From an uncultured Alphaproteobacteria bacterium (GTDB lineage Bacteria; Pseudomonadota; Alphaproteobacteria; MPNO01; UBA2964): 64,000 nucleotides of DNA. A program made the translations under genes and the position numbers. Below, one piece after another: positions 52,211 to 63,336 of this stretch (position 1 is the first letter of the stretch; every line of letters starts with the position of its first letter). Under the pieces are notes generated by a model that saw only the letters and a program-made list of their open reading frames with translations, did not search any database and was not told the origin of the DNA. The stretch spans positions 4,015,897 through 4,079,896 of the forward strand of contig OX638326.1 in the NCBI GenBank assembly GCA_951812775.1, given 5' to 3'.

Positions 52211-52298
52211 GAACATATTTAGAACGAAAACACCTAAAACATTGTTTTAATTATTTAAAAAAATTTTCTTTGCAATGAGAACAAAACATGTACATAGT
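52211..52298 (+). promoter_or_regulatory. recA promoter with two alphaproteobacterial LexA boxes
   Basis: GAAC-N7-GAAC (52211-52225); GAAC-N7-GTAC (52279-52293) lying between TTGCAA (52270) and CATAGT (52293), spaced 17 bp. Confidence 0.85.
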
Positions 52299-52357
52299 CT
52301 CTTCTACAACGACGTTACGTTGAACGAATCTGATGGCTGTGAAATAAGGAGAGAGTG

Positions 52358-53452
52358 ATGGCGAACCCGGCTTTGAAGCTTGTAGAAAAGGACGGCATGG
52401 ACAAATCAAAAGCGCTTGATGCTGCGCTTCAGCAGATCGAACGGTCCTACGGCAAAGGCTCTATCATGAAGCTTGGTGAAGGCCAGGTGGTAGAAACCGA
52501 AGCCGTATCGACAGGCTCTCTCGGGCTGGATATCGGGCTTGGTATTGGCGGTTTGCCAAAAGGCCGGGTGATTGAAATCTACGGGCCTGAATCTTCGGGT
52601 AAAACAACCCTAGCCCTTCACTGTGTTGCGGAGGCGCAAAAGAGTGGCGGTCAGTGTGCATTTATTGATGCTGAACATGCGCTTGATCCTGTCTACGCCC
52701 AAAAGCTTGGCGTGGAACTCGATGATCTGCTGATCTCACAGCCCGATGCTGGTGAACAGGCATTGGAGATTGCCGATACGCTGGTCCGGTCCGGCGCGAT
52801 CGATGTCATCGTCATCGATTCCGTCGCCGCACTGGTGCCGAAGGCCGAGCTTGAGGGTGAAATGGGTGATGCCCATGTCGGTCTGCAAGCCCGCCTGATG
52901 AGCCAGGCATTACGTAAACTGACGGGCTCAATCTCGCGCTCACAATGCATTATCATCTTCATCAACCAGATTCGTATGAAAATCGGTGTCATGTTCGGCA
53001 ATCCGGAAACCACATCCGGTGGTAATGCGCTGAAATTCTATTCTTCGGTTCGTCTCGATATCAGACGTATCGGTGCCATCAAGGATCGTGAGGAGATTGT
53101 TGGCAATCAGACCCGCGTTAAAGTGGTCAAGAACAAGGTGGCCCCTCCCTTCAAGATTATCGAATTCGATATCATGTATGGCGAAGGCATTTCCAAGATG
53201 GGCGAGTTGATCGATCTTGGTGTCAAAGCGGGTATTGTCGAAAAATCCGGCGCCTGGTTCTCTTATGACAGCCAGCGGATCGGACAGGGACGAGAGAATT
53301 CCAAACAGTTCCTGCGTGACAATCCTGAAATGGCGGATGAAATCGAGCGCAAGATTCGCGAAAGCGCCGGTCTCATCGCCGAAGCCGCGTTGAAGGAAGC
53401 GCCTGCATCGGAAACGGCTGACGACGTCGAAGAAGCCGAAGAGCAGCTTTAA
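52358..53452 (+). CDS. recA: Recombinase RecA
   Basis: [33 protein letters not shown]. Confidence 0.99.
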   Translation: MANPALKLVEKDGMDKSKALDAALQQIERSYGKGSIMKLGEGQVVETEAVSTGSLGLDIGLGIGGLPKGRVIEIYGPESSGKTTLALHCVAEAQKSGGQCAFIDAEHALDPVYAQKLGVELDDLLISQPDAGEQALEIADTLVRSGAIDVIVIDSVAALVPKAELEGEMGDAHVGLQARLMSQALRKLTGSISRSQCIIIFINQIRMKIGVMFGNPETTSGGNALKFYSSVRLDIRRIGAIKDREEIVGNQTRVKVVKNKVAPPFKIIEFDIMYGEGISKMGELIDLGVKAGIVEKSGAWFSYDSQRIGQGRENSKQFLRDNPEMADEIERKIRESAGLIAEAALKEAPASETADDVEEAEEQL

Positions 53453-53493
53453 ACCTTTTAAAGAACCCCCTGATCCTCCCCCGGATCAAAACC

Positions 53494-53539
53494 GGGGCGC
53501 GGCGAGGCAATGCATTTCCTTTCCGCGCCCCTTTTCTTT
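53494..53539 (+). terminator. Probable intrinsic terminator after recA
   Basis: GGGGCGCGG...CCGCGCCCC followed by TTTTCTTT. Confidence 0.65.
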
Positions 53540-53664
53540 ATCCAGCAAATAGGGACAATCCGCACTAATGGATGCGGTCGTGCCTTGTTCTGGACAGGGT
53601 GTGATCGCGTCGTTAATACTCTCGCGGTTCAGCGCTGTTTAGCGTAGTTAGGGGTTGCAGTACG

Positions 53665-56313
53665 ATGACAACGACCAATGAAGTCAGAACGGCATTTCTC
53701 GATTATTTCGGGAAGAATGGGCATGAAATTGTGTCCTCATCGCCATTGGTTCCCCATAACGATCCAACATTACTGTTTACTAACGCCGGGATGGTTCAAT
53801 TCAAGAACGTATTTACCGGACTTGAATCCCGAGACTACGTAACCGCGACAACCTCCCAGAAATGCGTACGCGCTGGTGGCAAACACAATGATCTTGAGAA
53901 CGTTGGGTATACCGCCCGCCATCACACGTTTTTTGAGATGCTGGGAAATTTTTCATTTGGCGATTATTTCAAGGAACGTGCCGTTGAGTTGGCGTGGAAC
54001 CTGATCACCGGCGATTTTGCAATCGACAAGAACCGTTTGCTGGTCACGGTGTATCACGATGACAATGATGCGTTTGATCTGTGGAAAAAAATCGCCGGGT
54101 TACCCGATGACCGCATTATCAGGATTGCCACCAGCGATAACTTCTGGGCAATGGGCGAAACCGGTCCTTGCGGTCCCTGTTCGGAAATTTTCTATGATCA
54201 TGGTGACCACATTCCCGGCGGCCCGCCGGGCAGTCCTGACGAGGATGGCGACCGGTTTATCGAGATTTGGAATCTGGTCTTTATGCAGTACGAGCAGGTT
54301 GCGGCGGATGACCGTCAAAACCTGCCGAAACCCAGTATTGATACGGGCATGGGTTTGGAGCGGATTTCTGCGTTACTTCAGGGATCCCATGACAATTATG
54401 ACACGGACACATTCCGTGCCTTGATAGAAGCGTCGGCGGAGGCGGCTAAAGTAGACCCGTATGGTCCTCACAATGTTTCAAACAGGGTTATCGCGGATCA
54501 TTTGCGCGCAAGTTCGTTCTTAATCGCAGATGGTGTGCTGCCCTCAAATGAAGGGCGGGGGTATGTGCTCCGCCGCATTATGCGCCGTGGTATGCGTCAC
54601 GCCCATATGATGGGGGCACAGGACCCTCTTATGTACAAGCTGGTCCCGGCGCTTATTGCAAAGATGGGTATCGCCTATCCGGAACTCACAAAAGCGGAGT
54701 CTCTTATCACAGAGACCCTGGAACTTGAAGAGACACGGTTTAAACAAACCTTGGAGCGCGGTCTCAAACTTCTGACCGAAGAAACCGACCAACTTGGTGA
54801 TCAGGAAGCTTTGCCCGGGGAGATCGCATTTCGTCTATATGATACCTTCGGATTCCCGCTGGATTTAACCCAGGATGTGCTGCGTGGGCAGGGACGTGCC
54901 GTTGATACCGACGGCTTCGATGTCGCAATGCAAAAACAGCGAGACGACGCCCGGAAGGCCTGGACCGGATCAGGTGAGGCAGCAGACGAGTCCGTATGGT
55001 TTGACATACGAGAAGAGTCCGGCGCGACGGAATTTTTGGGATATTCGGCCGAAAACAGCGAAGGTCAGGTTCTGGCGATTGTGAAGGATGGTGCACGCGT
55101 TGAAATGGCAGAATCCGGTGACGACATCGCCATCGTCGTAAACCAGACTCCCTTTTATGCGGAATCTGGTGGTCAAATGGGGGACGTTGGTACGCTGGTA
55201 AGTGATGGTGGTAGCACCGTGGCGGTATCTGACACTCAGAAGAAGGTAGGTGATCTTCACGTTCATCTCGGAACATTGTCTGATGGGGCAATGAAGGTTG
55301 GCGACGTCGTTGAATTGCGCGTTGAGCCGGATCGCCGAGCTGGTCTCCGCGGACATCATTCAGCCACGCACTTGTTACATGCCGCATTGCGAGATCGGTT
55401 GGGGGATCACGTTACGCAAAAGGGTTCACTGGTTGCGCCTGATCGCTTGCGCTTCGATATCAGCCATCCCAAGGCCGTAGGCGCTGAGGATATTGCTGAC
55501 GTCACCGCAAATGTTAATCGACAAATTCAGACGAATAGCGAAGTCGTTACGCGGTTGATGACACCTGATGAAGCTATCGAAACCGGTGCCATGGCTCTGT
55601 TTGGAGAAAAATACGGCGAAGAAGTCCGGGTTGTAACTATGGGTGTTCGCGGTAATTCGCCCTATTCGGTTGAGCTTTGTGGCGGCACCCATGTCAGCCG
55701 GACCGGTGATATTGGCCCGTTTCGTATCGTATCCGAGAGTGCCGTTGCCGCCGGTGTGCGGCGCATCGAGGCGGTGACCGGTCAGGCCGCTTTGGCACAG
55801 ATGGCGGAAACAGAATCCCAAATGCAGGAAATTGCTGCTTTGTTAAACGTGTCTTCCGGCCAGGTCGCGGATCGTGTTTCTGCATTGCTCGAAGAGCGCA
55901 AAAAGCTTGAAAACGACCTTTCCGACGCACGCCGTAAACTCGCCACCGGTGGTGGAAATTCGGGTGACGGTGACTCAGGTGTAAAGGAGGTCGCTGGTAT
56001 TTCCTTTGTCGGACGGGTTCTGGAAGGAATTCCAGCGCGCGATCTCAAATCATTTGCGGACGATCTCAAGAAGCAGATTGGCACGGGGGTCGTAGCTATT
56101 TGCGGGACAGATGATTGTAAAGCTTCTCTCGTCGTCGGTGTGACAAATGACATCACTGATCGATTCGATGCCGTATCGCTGGTGCGGGTGGGCTCTGCCG
56201 CATTGGGTGGAAAAGGCGGCGGCGGCCGACCCGATATGGCGCAAGCGGGCGGTCCAGATGCCAGCAATGCCCAGAAAGCTCTCGAAGAGATAGAAGCGGC
56301 GATTGCCGGCTAA
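53665..56313 (+). CDS. alaS: Alanine--tRNA ligase
   Basis: [53 protein letters not shown]. Confidence 0.99.
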   Translation: MTTTNEVRTAFLDYFGKNGHEIVSSSPLVPHNDPTLLFTNAGMVQFKNVFTGLESRDYVTATTSQKCVRAGGKHNDLENVGYTARHHTFFEMLGNFSFGDYFKERAVELAWNLITGDFAIDKNRLLVTVYHDDNDAFDLWKKIAGLPDDRIIRIATSDNFWAMGETGPCGPCSEIFYDHGDHIPGGPPGSPDEDGDRFIEIWNLVFMQYEQVAADDRQNLPKPSIDTGMGLERISALLQGSHDNYDTDTFRALIEASAEAAKVDPYGPHNVSNRVIADHLRASSFLIADGVLPSNEGRGYVLRRIMRRGMRHAHMMGAQDPLMYKLVPALIAKMGIAYPELTKAESLITETLELEETRFKQTLERGLKLLTEETDQLGDQEALPGEIAFRLYDTFGFPLDLTQDVLRGQGRAVDTDGFDVAMQKQRDDARKAWTGSGEAADESVWFDIREESGATEFLGYSAENSEGQVLAIVKDGARVEMAESGDDIAIVVNQTPFYAESGGQMGDVGTLVSDGGSTVAVSDTQKKVGDLHVHLGTLSDGAMKVGDVVELRVEPDRRAGLRGHHSATHLLHAALRDRLGDHVTQKGSLVAPDRLRFDISHPKAVGAEDIADVTANVNRQIQTNSEVVTRLMTPDEAIETGAMALFGEKYGEEVRVVTMGVRGNSPYSVELCGGTHVSRTGDIGPFRIVSESAVAAGVRRIEAVTGQAALAQMAETESQMQEIAALLNVSSGQVADRVSALLEERKKLENDLSDARRKLATGGGNSGDGDSGVKEVAGISFVGRVLEGIPARDLKSFADDLKKQIGTGVVAICGTDDCKASLVVGVTNDITDRFDAVSLVRVGSAALGGKGGGGRPDMAQAGGPDASNAQKALEEIEAAIAG

Positions 56314-56329
56314 TTACCCAACCGCTGTA

Positions 56330-56911
56330 TCATAGACGGGCAAGGTCAGTATTGACTGGGTTTTGCCGTATCCGTTCGAGTGTCGGTAATACTTCATCCG
56401 GGCTGTCGACCAGCTCGTAAAGGTCCCGCGTTGGCGGCGCTGCAAATCCTTCCTCAATTGTATTTGCAATGAGGTCATCGAGTTTTTGCCAGTATTTCTG
56501 AATATTCAGGATGACAATCGGCTTATCGTGCATGCCAAGCTGTTTCCAGGTAATTACCTCAAGCGCCTCTTCCAAGGTTCCGACACCTCCTGGGAGGACA
56601 ACAATCCCGTCAGCCAGATCGAACATTCGGCGTTTCCGCTCATGCATACTGCTTACAACTTCCAGATTGGTCAGTTTTTGATGACCAAGCTCCCGATCCT
56701 TTAAATAATCCGGGATAACGCCCGTTACGTCGCCATCTGATTCCAGGACGTTGTCGGCTATGATTCCCATAAGGCCGGATCCGCCCCCACCGTAAATAAG
56801 TTGAATTTGGTTGTTTCCGAAACTTCGTCCTAATTCAGCTGCAGCCTCAAGAAACGCTGGATTGTGACCCGAAGATGCCCCGCAAAATACGCAGATTGCC
56901 TGAATACTCAT
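56330..56911 (-). CDS. LOG family (TIGR00730) nucleotide phosphoribohydrolase
   Basis: YGGG..GLMG, MHERK, PGGVGTLEE. Confidence 0.92.
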   Translation of the reverse strand: MSIQAICVFCGASSGHNPAFLEAAAELGRSFGNNQIQLIYGGGGSGLMGIIADNVLESDGDVTGVIPDYLKDRELGHQKLTNLEVVSSMHERKRRMFDLADGIVVLPGGVGTLEEALEVITWKQLGMHDKPIVILNIQKYWQKLDDLIANTIEEGFAAPPTRDLYELVDSPDEVLPTLERIRQNPVNTDLARL

Positions 56912-57061
56912 GAAAATTTTACATCCCAAATCCAATATTGACAGATGATAAAACGATTTGAAAGGGTTGCAAGATTTGCTTTCAAATGTTGAGATAGGGC
57001 ATTGGTAGCGTCGGTATAGGCGCGCAATTCAAAAAATGCTGTTCTATTTGGGGAGAAGGTT

Positions 57062-57529
57062 ATGAGATCTTTTATCAAGCTATTTTTAGTGGCGGCGGTT
57101 AGCTTGGGCGTGTTGGCCGGTTGTGTTGCAGAAGATAAAAAACCAAAACCTACGATGTCGCAAGCGACCAAAGTTAAAGTGGCGATGATGAAGGAGCTGT
57201 GCACGCACTCAGGTGCAATTGACAGATACCTTAAGGGCCACAAGAACCCGAAACGGCAAGCGAGACTCGGTACGCCGGCTGATATGGAACTTCGTGCCGT
57301 TGCCATGCAGGGCCTTGCAAAACGCCTTAAATATGGTTCGGTAGCATTCTATGCCGGACAGCTTGAAGAAGCCGGTGCAAGCGGTAGTAAGAGCGCTGTT
57401 AAAGAGGCATTTGGTCCGGTAGCAGGTGGTATCTCAGGCGCCATTGCGCTTGATCGTGGTCGCAAGACCTACGGAAAATGCTCCTGCAAAAAATTCAAAT
57501 TCAAATGCAAGGCTCCTAAGAAAAAGTAG
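57062..57529 (+). CDS. Exported protein, degenerate cytochrome c'-like, no intact CxxCH
   Basis: Signal peptide/lipobox LAGC, helical body, tail KCSCKKFK...KAPKKK; directly upstream of a diheme cytochrome c. Confidence 0.45.
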   Translation: MRSFIKLFLVAAVSLGVLAGCVAEDKKPKPTMSQATKVKVAMMKELCTHSGAIDRYLKGHKNPKRQARLGTPADMELRAVAMQGLAKRLKYGSVAFYAGQLEEAGASGSKSAVKEAFGPVAGGISGAIALDRGRKTYGKCSCKKFKFKCKAPKKK

Positions 57530-57575
57530 GAGTTTGCGACAGATTAAATCCTGATCCGTAAAAGGGTCGGGAGAG

Positions 57576-57608
57576 AGGGCGCCACCATTTAGGTGGCGCC
57601 CTTTTTTT
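57576..57608 (+). terminator. Intrinsic terminator
   Basis: AGGGCGCCACC-ATTTA-GGTGGCGCCCT followed by a T run. Confidence 0.85.
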
Positions 57609-57732
57609 ATGTATTAGAAAAACCACCAATTCATTTGGATGTGAATAAAGTGCCCATATAGCGTGTTATATGTTTAGCGCGCTTTGGCATGCTCGCCTCG
57701 TGGTATGAACTCTTTTTGGGGGATGGTTCGAT

Positions 57733-58605
57733 ATGAAGACCTTATTTGGTCCATTTGCAGTGATAGGCGCTCTTTTTTGTCTTGGAACGTCTATAACCGT
57801 TGCGCAGGAAAAGAAAATGTCGCGCGGCGAGGTTCTTCTTTCGGCGGGTGGTTGTGGCAATTGTCATACCGATGTGAAGAATAAAGGCCCGTTCCTCGCG
57901 GGTGGCCGAAAGTTAGAGACACCTTTTGGCGCTTTTTACGCGCCTAACATCACCAAGGATAAAAAACACGGTATCGGTAATTGGTCGGACACGGATTTTC
58001 TTCAGGCTGTTCGAAAAGGTGTCTCGCCCGACGGCAGCCATTACTTTCCCGTTTTCCCCTACCCAGCCTACACCTTCATGACCGACTCTGATCTCAAGGC
58101 CATTAAGGATTATATCTTCACGCTGCCGGCCGTTTCAAAACCGAATAAGCCGCATGGCGTTTCGTTTCCGTTTAATGTCCGCTTTGGCCAATTTTTCTGG
58201 AAGTTGTTGTATTTCTCGGAAGGCCCCTACAAGGCAGATACGACCAAATCAAAAGAATGGAATCGCGGGGCCTATCTTTCGCGTGCCGTCGTACATTGCG
58301 GTGAATGCCATACACCCCGGACAATACTCGGCGGAATAAAAGACGGTTTCTGGTATGCCGGTACACCCGAAGGAGAAGGACCCGAAGGGGAGGGTGCACC
58401 GAACATTACGCCGCATGTTGAAAACGGTATCGGTAAATGGTCTGAAGAAGAAATTGTCAATTACCTGGAATCAGGTGAGGACCCGACCGGAGATTATGCC
58501 GGTTCGTTAATGGCGGAAGTTATTGAGAATGGGACGGCAAAGCTTTCCGCATCGGATCGCAAGGCAATTGCGGTATATCTGAAATCTCTAAAACCATTGC
58601 CATAA
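57733..58605 (+). CDS. Diheme cytochrome c
   Basis: CGNCH and CGECH; TPFG..YAPNIT; FPYPAY. Confidence 0.9.
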   Translation: MKTLFGPFAVIGALFCLGTSITVAQEKKMSRGEVLLSAGGCGNCHTDVKNKGPFLAGGRKLETPFGAFYAPNITKDKKHGIGNWSDTDFLQAVRKGVSPDGSHYFPVFPYPAYTFMTDSDLKAIKDYIFTLPAVSKPNKPHGVSFPFNVRFGQFFWKLLYFSEGPYKADTTKSKEWNRGAYLSRAVVHCGECHTPRTILGGIKDGFWYAGTPEGEGPEGEGAPNITPHVENGIGKWSEEEIVNYLESGEDPTGDYAGSLMAEVIENGTAKLSASDRKAIAVYLKSLKPLP

Positions 58606-58691
58606 TCTCCCGCGTTGTACCGACGCAGCTTGGGCGTTAACCTGCGTTATGTTGAAGGCTGCGTTACGATAATTATCGGGAGATAAAGCCT

Positions 58692-59780
58692 GTGAATCGC
58701 GCATATTTATTCGGTGGCGTTGGAGCTGCAATTCTTATAGTTGCGTTGGCCCTGACGCAATTTTTGGAAAATGAGACGACACCTCAGCCGACGAAGAAAG
58801 CTTCGAATTCGGCGACCGTGCCCGCAGTTTCAAAAGAGCAAACGAAACCTGTTAATCGGACTGGTTCGACGACGGTCAAAGCCAAGTCGAAACCGGCACC
58901 TCCGTCAAAAACAGGGACTCCTGTCAAACCGAGCTTTGATGTCGTGCGCGTAAATCCTCAGGGCGATGCGGTCATCGCAGGGCGCGCATCGCCCAATTCC
59001 GAAGTCACTGTGAAAACAGGTGAAAAAATTGTTGGAACGGTTAAATCAGATGCTCGCGGTGAATGGAGCTTGATTCCGAAAAAGCCTTTGCAGTCGGGTA
59101 ACCGGGAACTCACATTGTCATCGAAACCAGGCAAAGGAGCGGAGGCTACTTCAGACAAAAAAGTTGTCCTTGTTGTTTCTGCGCGACGGAAAAATAACGC
59201 TGCACAAAAATCAACTAAGCCGAATGGCGCCCTTGCTGTTCTGGTCCCGGAAAAGGGAAAAGGGCCCAGTGTCGTTATTCAAAAGTCAGGAGTGCGTCAG
59301 GCACGCAGCAGTACCCAAAACGCGGAACAAACTGATCCACTATCTATAGATACCATAGATTATGATGCTCGCGGGAAGGTCACTGTCGGCGATAAAGCGG
59401 ACAAAAACGCCCAATTACATCTCTATAGTGATAATAAGTTAGTGGGCACAACGGCTGCAAATTCCAGGGGGCAGTGGTTTGTGTCGCCCAAGGACAGGTT
59501 ACCACCCGGTCTCTATTCCCTCCGCGCTGACCATGTGGGCGAAAAGGATAAAGTCATTACAAGAGTTGAAACACGATTTGCCAGATCAGCTCCGTTGAAG
59601 GAAGTACCAGCGAAGGGCGTTGTTCTTGTTAAGACGGGAAATAGTCTGTGGCGAATTGCGCGGGAGGCCTATGGCGCCGGGACACAGTATACCGTTATCT
59701 ATGAAGCTAACCGGGATCAAATTCGCGACCCTGATCTTATCTACCCGGGACAGGTTTTCTTTGTCCCCGTACAACGATAG
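58692..59780 (+). CDS. LysM peptidoglycan-binding protein with Ig-like domains
   Basis: PSFDVVRV, VIAGRA, GNSLWRIA...IYEANRDQIRDPDLIYPGQ. Confidence 0.88.
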   Translation: MNRAYLFGGVGAAILIVALALTQFLENETTPQPTKKASNSATVPAVSKEQTKPVNRTGSTTVKAKSKPAPPSKTGTPVKPSFDVVRVNPQGDAVIAGRASPNSEVTVKTGEKIVGTVKSDARGEWSLIPKKPLQSGNRELTLSSKPGKGAEATSDKKVVLVVSARRKNNAAQKSTKPNGALAVLVPEKGKGPSVVIQKSGVRQARSSTQNAEQTDPLSIDTIDYDARGKVTVGDKADKNAQLHLYSDNKLVGTTAANSRGQWFVSPKDRLPPGLYSLRADHVGEKDKVITRVETRFARSAPLKEVPAKGVVLVKTGNSLWRIAREAYGAGTQYTVIYEANRDQIRDPDLIYPGQVFFVPVQR

Positions 59781-60075
59781 ACTGGCTCCGGTCCAGGGAT
59801 ATGTCTGCGTATGGAATTTGAGCACTTGCATCGACAATTCTGCTGAACTGTCGACGAATTTCTCTAGATTCCACTGAATAAGGCAGTTCGCCCAGACGCG
59901 CTAAAACAACCATCTGGGCGCCGCCCTCTGGTGACCGTCGAATCGCCGAGTCAAAAATGGTCTCGAAACTCTCAAACCGGAACGTCGCCGGAATGGGCAT
60001 ACAATGGGATGACAACAGCATCGGGTTGCTATCACCTGCAACTTCATCATTAATATTCTGGACTGCGTCGGCCAT
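59737..60075 (-). CDS. Hypothetical protein, possibly 3'-truncated
   Basis: Plausible globular ORF that runs into the convergent LysM gene. Confidence 0.4.
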   Translation of the reverse strand: MADAVQNINDEVAGDSNPMLLSSHCMPIPATFRFESFETIFDSAIRRSPEGGAQMVVLARLGELPYSVESREIRRQFSRIVDASAQIPYADISLDRSQSIVVRGQRKPVPGR

Positions 60076-60185
60076 CGGTCGGATGCTTGCTCACGGAAAT
60101 TAGACAGATATTCTGCTATAGGAACTTCCTAATTGTCGTCGCTTAAGATACCGTTAAGTGCCGCAGTATTAGTGATTTTTTGTGT

Positions 60186-61754
60186 TTAGTTTGTCTCGGC
60201 CCACAGTTTTTTCAGATCATCGCGTAAAACCTTTCCGCGGTCTGATTTAGGAAGGTCATCGACCAGATATACATTCTTTGGCGATTTAAATTCCGGCAAC
60301 GATTGACCGCAGTGCGCCAAAATATCTTCGCTGGAGATGTTTTCGCCCGGTTTCGCAACAATGTAACATACGACCTCTTCCCCATAGATTTTGTCTGGAA
60401 TCCCGACCGCTGCGGCTTCCCGAATCTGGGGGTGTTTCATCAAGACATTATCGATCTCAAGTGGTGCTATATTGACGCCACCACGGATAATGAGATCTTT
60501 CGTCCTTCCGGTTACGCGGACGAAACCTTCATCATCAAGGATGGCAAGATCGCCGGTTCTCATGCGAACGTCTTTTTGGTCTTCCCATTCGCCTTCCGGA
60601 GAAATTGTCGCGATGCATGTTTGTGGGCCACCAATTGTAACCTCGCCCTCTGTACCGGGCGGGCAGCCGTCTTCAGCGGAATCAACGATCAGGAATTCCT
60701 GATGTTTAGCTGGTGGGCCAACAGTCCCCATCTGACGTTTATAGTGGCGGTTGCCGCATATCCATCCAGCTTCTGACATGCCATATAGCTGGAGAAGCGT
60801 AACGCCATACATTTCTTCAAACTGTTTCCATTGTTCGGGAGACAAAGGCGCCGTTGAACAGGTCATTAATCTCAGAGACGGGATCTCGTCGGCAGTTTCA
60901 CCGGTTGGTTCGTTGAGGAGCATGTTTACGACCGTCGGAACGCCAGCGGAGAAAGTCAGTTCATGTTTCTTGATCCACTCAAAGAACCGGCTCCGCGAAA
61001 ATCGTGGGGCCATATACATCGACAAGCCGGTCTCAATCCACGGCATCAAGCTGAGAACTTGAGCGGAATTCCACCCGAACGAACGATATTCCAGGGTACG
61101 GTCCTCGGCGGTTAAACCGAGAAAATCAATGGTATTCAAGCCATTGAGCCAATACGCCATGTGATCGTAAACCACGCATTTGGGCCGTGATGTTGTTCCT
61201 GAGGTACAGAAAATACAGGATATATCGTCTGGCCCGTTTTCTGTTTCCACCGCGATCTGCTTATCAGTTGCGGCTACCGCAGCAAAAAATTCCGACCTAT
61301 CAGACTCCATGCTGCCTTCATCTACCCATCGGTCGAACCGCATAACGTCGCCGCCGACACCGTTTGTTAGCGCATCACCATCCAAATTTGTATGCCAGAG
61401 CGTTAGTTTCGGCTCGATTGATTGAAGTAATTCCGTGATATGTGCGGCGTTAATTTCAACGTTCAAAGGACATACGACGGCTCCGAGGCGCCAAATACCC
61501 ATCCAGATGATCATTTTATCGAGGCTTTCATCGGCCAGGAGACCAATTCTGTCTCCCTTTTTGATTCCACGAGAAACCAGATGACGGGCGATCTGATCGG
61601 CGCTATCCGCGAGCTTTCCCCAATTTATAGAACGATTCTGTTCCAGATCATAAAGCGCTATTTTGTCGGGGTGTTGTTGGCGATACTTCTCCAGGATGCC
61701 GCGAATCGAAGAAAAGGGGATGGCCAGCTCAGGCTGGTTAAATTGATGCGCCAC
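60186..61754 (-). CDS. Class I adenylate-forming enzyme (acyl-CoA ligase)
   Basis: CTSGTTSRPK, YGMSE, TGD, GRTKDLIIRGG, GKVLR. Confidence 0.9.
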   Translation of the reverse strand: MAHQFNQPELAIPFSSIRGILEKYRQQHPDKIALYDLEQNRSINWGKLADSADQIARHLVSRGIKKGDRIGLLADESLDKMIIWMGIWRLGAVVCPLNVEINAAHITELLQSIEPKLTLWHTNLDGDALTNGVGGDVMRFDRWVDEGSMESDRSEFFAAVAATDKQIAVETENGPDDISCIFCTSGTTSRPKCVVYDHMAYWLNGLNTIDFLGLTAEDRTLEYRSFGWNSAQVLSLMPWIETGLSMYMAPRFSRSRFFEWIKKHELTFSAGVPTVVNMLLNEPTGETADEIPSLRLMTCSTAPLSPEQWKQFEEMYGVTLLQLYGMSEAGWICGNRHYKRQMGTVGPPAKHQEFLIVDSAEDGCPPGTEGEVTIGGPQTCIATISPEGEWEDQKDVRMRTGDLAILDDEGFVRVTGRTKDLIIRGGVNIAPLEIDNVLMKHPQIREAAAVGIPDKIYGEEVVCYIVAKPGENISSEDILAHCGQSLPEFKSPKNVYLVDDLPKSDRGKVLRDDLKKLWAETN

Positions 61755-62172
61755 AGGTGCCTCGGATTAAAAATTTAGGGGTGCATTGTTTTCAGCTAGG
61801 GGCGGCTCGTCAAGGGGGAGGCGTCGATGGGCCGTGAATGCTTCAGCTGATTCGATTTACAGGAGGCCAAATTACTGGTCATCCTTCCGTTGAATTCGGC
61901 TTTGGGGTTAAGAGGGGGGGGAGGGGCGTATTGCCGTTGAAGTAAGACGTTAAATAGTTGCACTCGCTGATTTCTAAGTCACGGAAGCAAACGTTTGTAA
62001 AAGCATTTCAGGCTCGAAAATGTCACAGGAATGTGGTAGGAAGGCACGTGTCAGTAACGAAGTTTCTGTAGGGGGCATTTCTACGGGCGTTCTTGCGTGC
62101 GCGGAGTGAGAAAATAGTAAGAAAGTTGTTGGATGCTTTTTGTGGAACAAAATGAAACAACGGAGTTTGAGG

Positions 62173-62268
62173 CTGTCGGAATTTTTGACAGTTCGAGGGT
62201 AACTACCTCCCTGTTTTCCCATTTTGGTCTTTAAAACAAAGAGTTAAGGTAACTGGCATATTTCTTGC
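62173..62268 (+). promoter_or_regulatory. Sigma54 promoter with upstream TGT-N11-ACA enhancer (PEP-CTERM/PrsR-type)
   Basis: CTGTCGGAATTTTTGACAG at 62173-62191; TGGCATATTTCTTGC (-24/-12) at 62254-62268. Confidence 0.75.
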
Positions 62269-62310
62269 TTAAATAAGGCTTAGGTAAAGTTTTAAAGTTA
62301 GGTTTTTAAT

Positions 62311-63241
62311 ATGGCTTTCGGAATAACAGCGCAGAAAAGAGTATCTGCTCGCCAGCGCCCTGCTTGGGGCGTGATGGCAGCGGCTGTTTCTGCATTGTTG
62401 GTTTTAAGTCCGAACGCCAACGCCTAGGGAAATCAATTTTGACGAAAGTCATCTTGCGTCCACGCCATCGGTATATGGCGAGCCCCAAGGTTTGATCATC
62501 GACGATGAATACGCGACGCCTGGAAATATCACCGGCGACTCGTCTCTTACAGCTACCTTTACGGGACGGTGGAAAGACGGTAGCTCTAATGACATTAACG
62601 GATGGTGTCGTCCGCTTGTTCTGTTTGATTCCGATAACCCAACTGGTGGTGATGGCGATCTAGGCGCACCTTTCACACATGTCACGACAGGGCAGGTTAA
62701 AAATCCCGGCAATATCCTGATTGTTCACGAGCAATATAGCTCGTGCCGGAATTCGTCAGGCGCTTCGGTAGTTGGTTATACCAATACCAATGGCTGGACC
62801 CAGAATGCAGTGTCTTGTGATGATCCCGATGACAATGCATCGGGTGGACGGTTCGAAATTTCATTTAACTTTCATTTAACAAGGACATCACGTAACAAGG
62901 ACATCACGCTGTCGAGTATCGATTTCTTCGATATTGAAGGCGCTGAGACAACCAACGATAACGAAATCAAGTTGTTTGACGCCAATGGCAACCAGATCAT
63001 GGACAATGCCTTCTGCACGCCAGATACGGGCGGCGACAATAAATGGGCCGCCGTTGATTTCGGTGATATTAGCGGTATTCGTCGGATTGAGATCGGTTGT
63101 AAAGGGTCTTGTGCCATCGGCGATATCAAAGGCGTAAATGATACACCGCCAGTACTACCTGAGCCTGCCGGAGCCGGTTTCCTTCTTGCAGGACTTGGTT
63201 GGGTTATGATGATGCGTCGCCGCAAAGCTGCTACTGCCTGA
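62311..63241 (+). pseudogene. PEP-CTERM sorting-domain protein, broken right after the signal peptide
   Basis: ATG 62311 signal peptide ...SPNANA then TAG at 62425; body continues in another frame to LPEPAGAGFLLAGLGWVMMMRRRK. Confidence 0.8.
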
Positions 63242-63336
63242 TGGTTCTCAGGCCTCAAGCAAACAGGTATTGGTTGGCTGTGTATACAGCTTTTTTATGT
63301 CCGATATCATCGCAGGGTAAACGGCAATAACGAGCG

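Noticed and set aside
61755-62170. Long intergenic region with a G run as a possible ncRNA or tRNA
   Set aside because: No cloverleaf or convincing stem; best explained as divergent promoter and enhancer space
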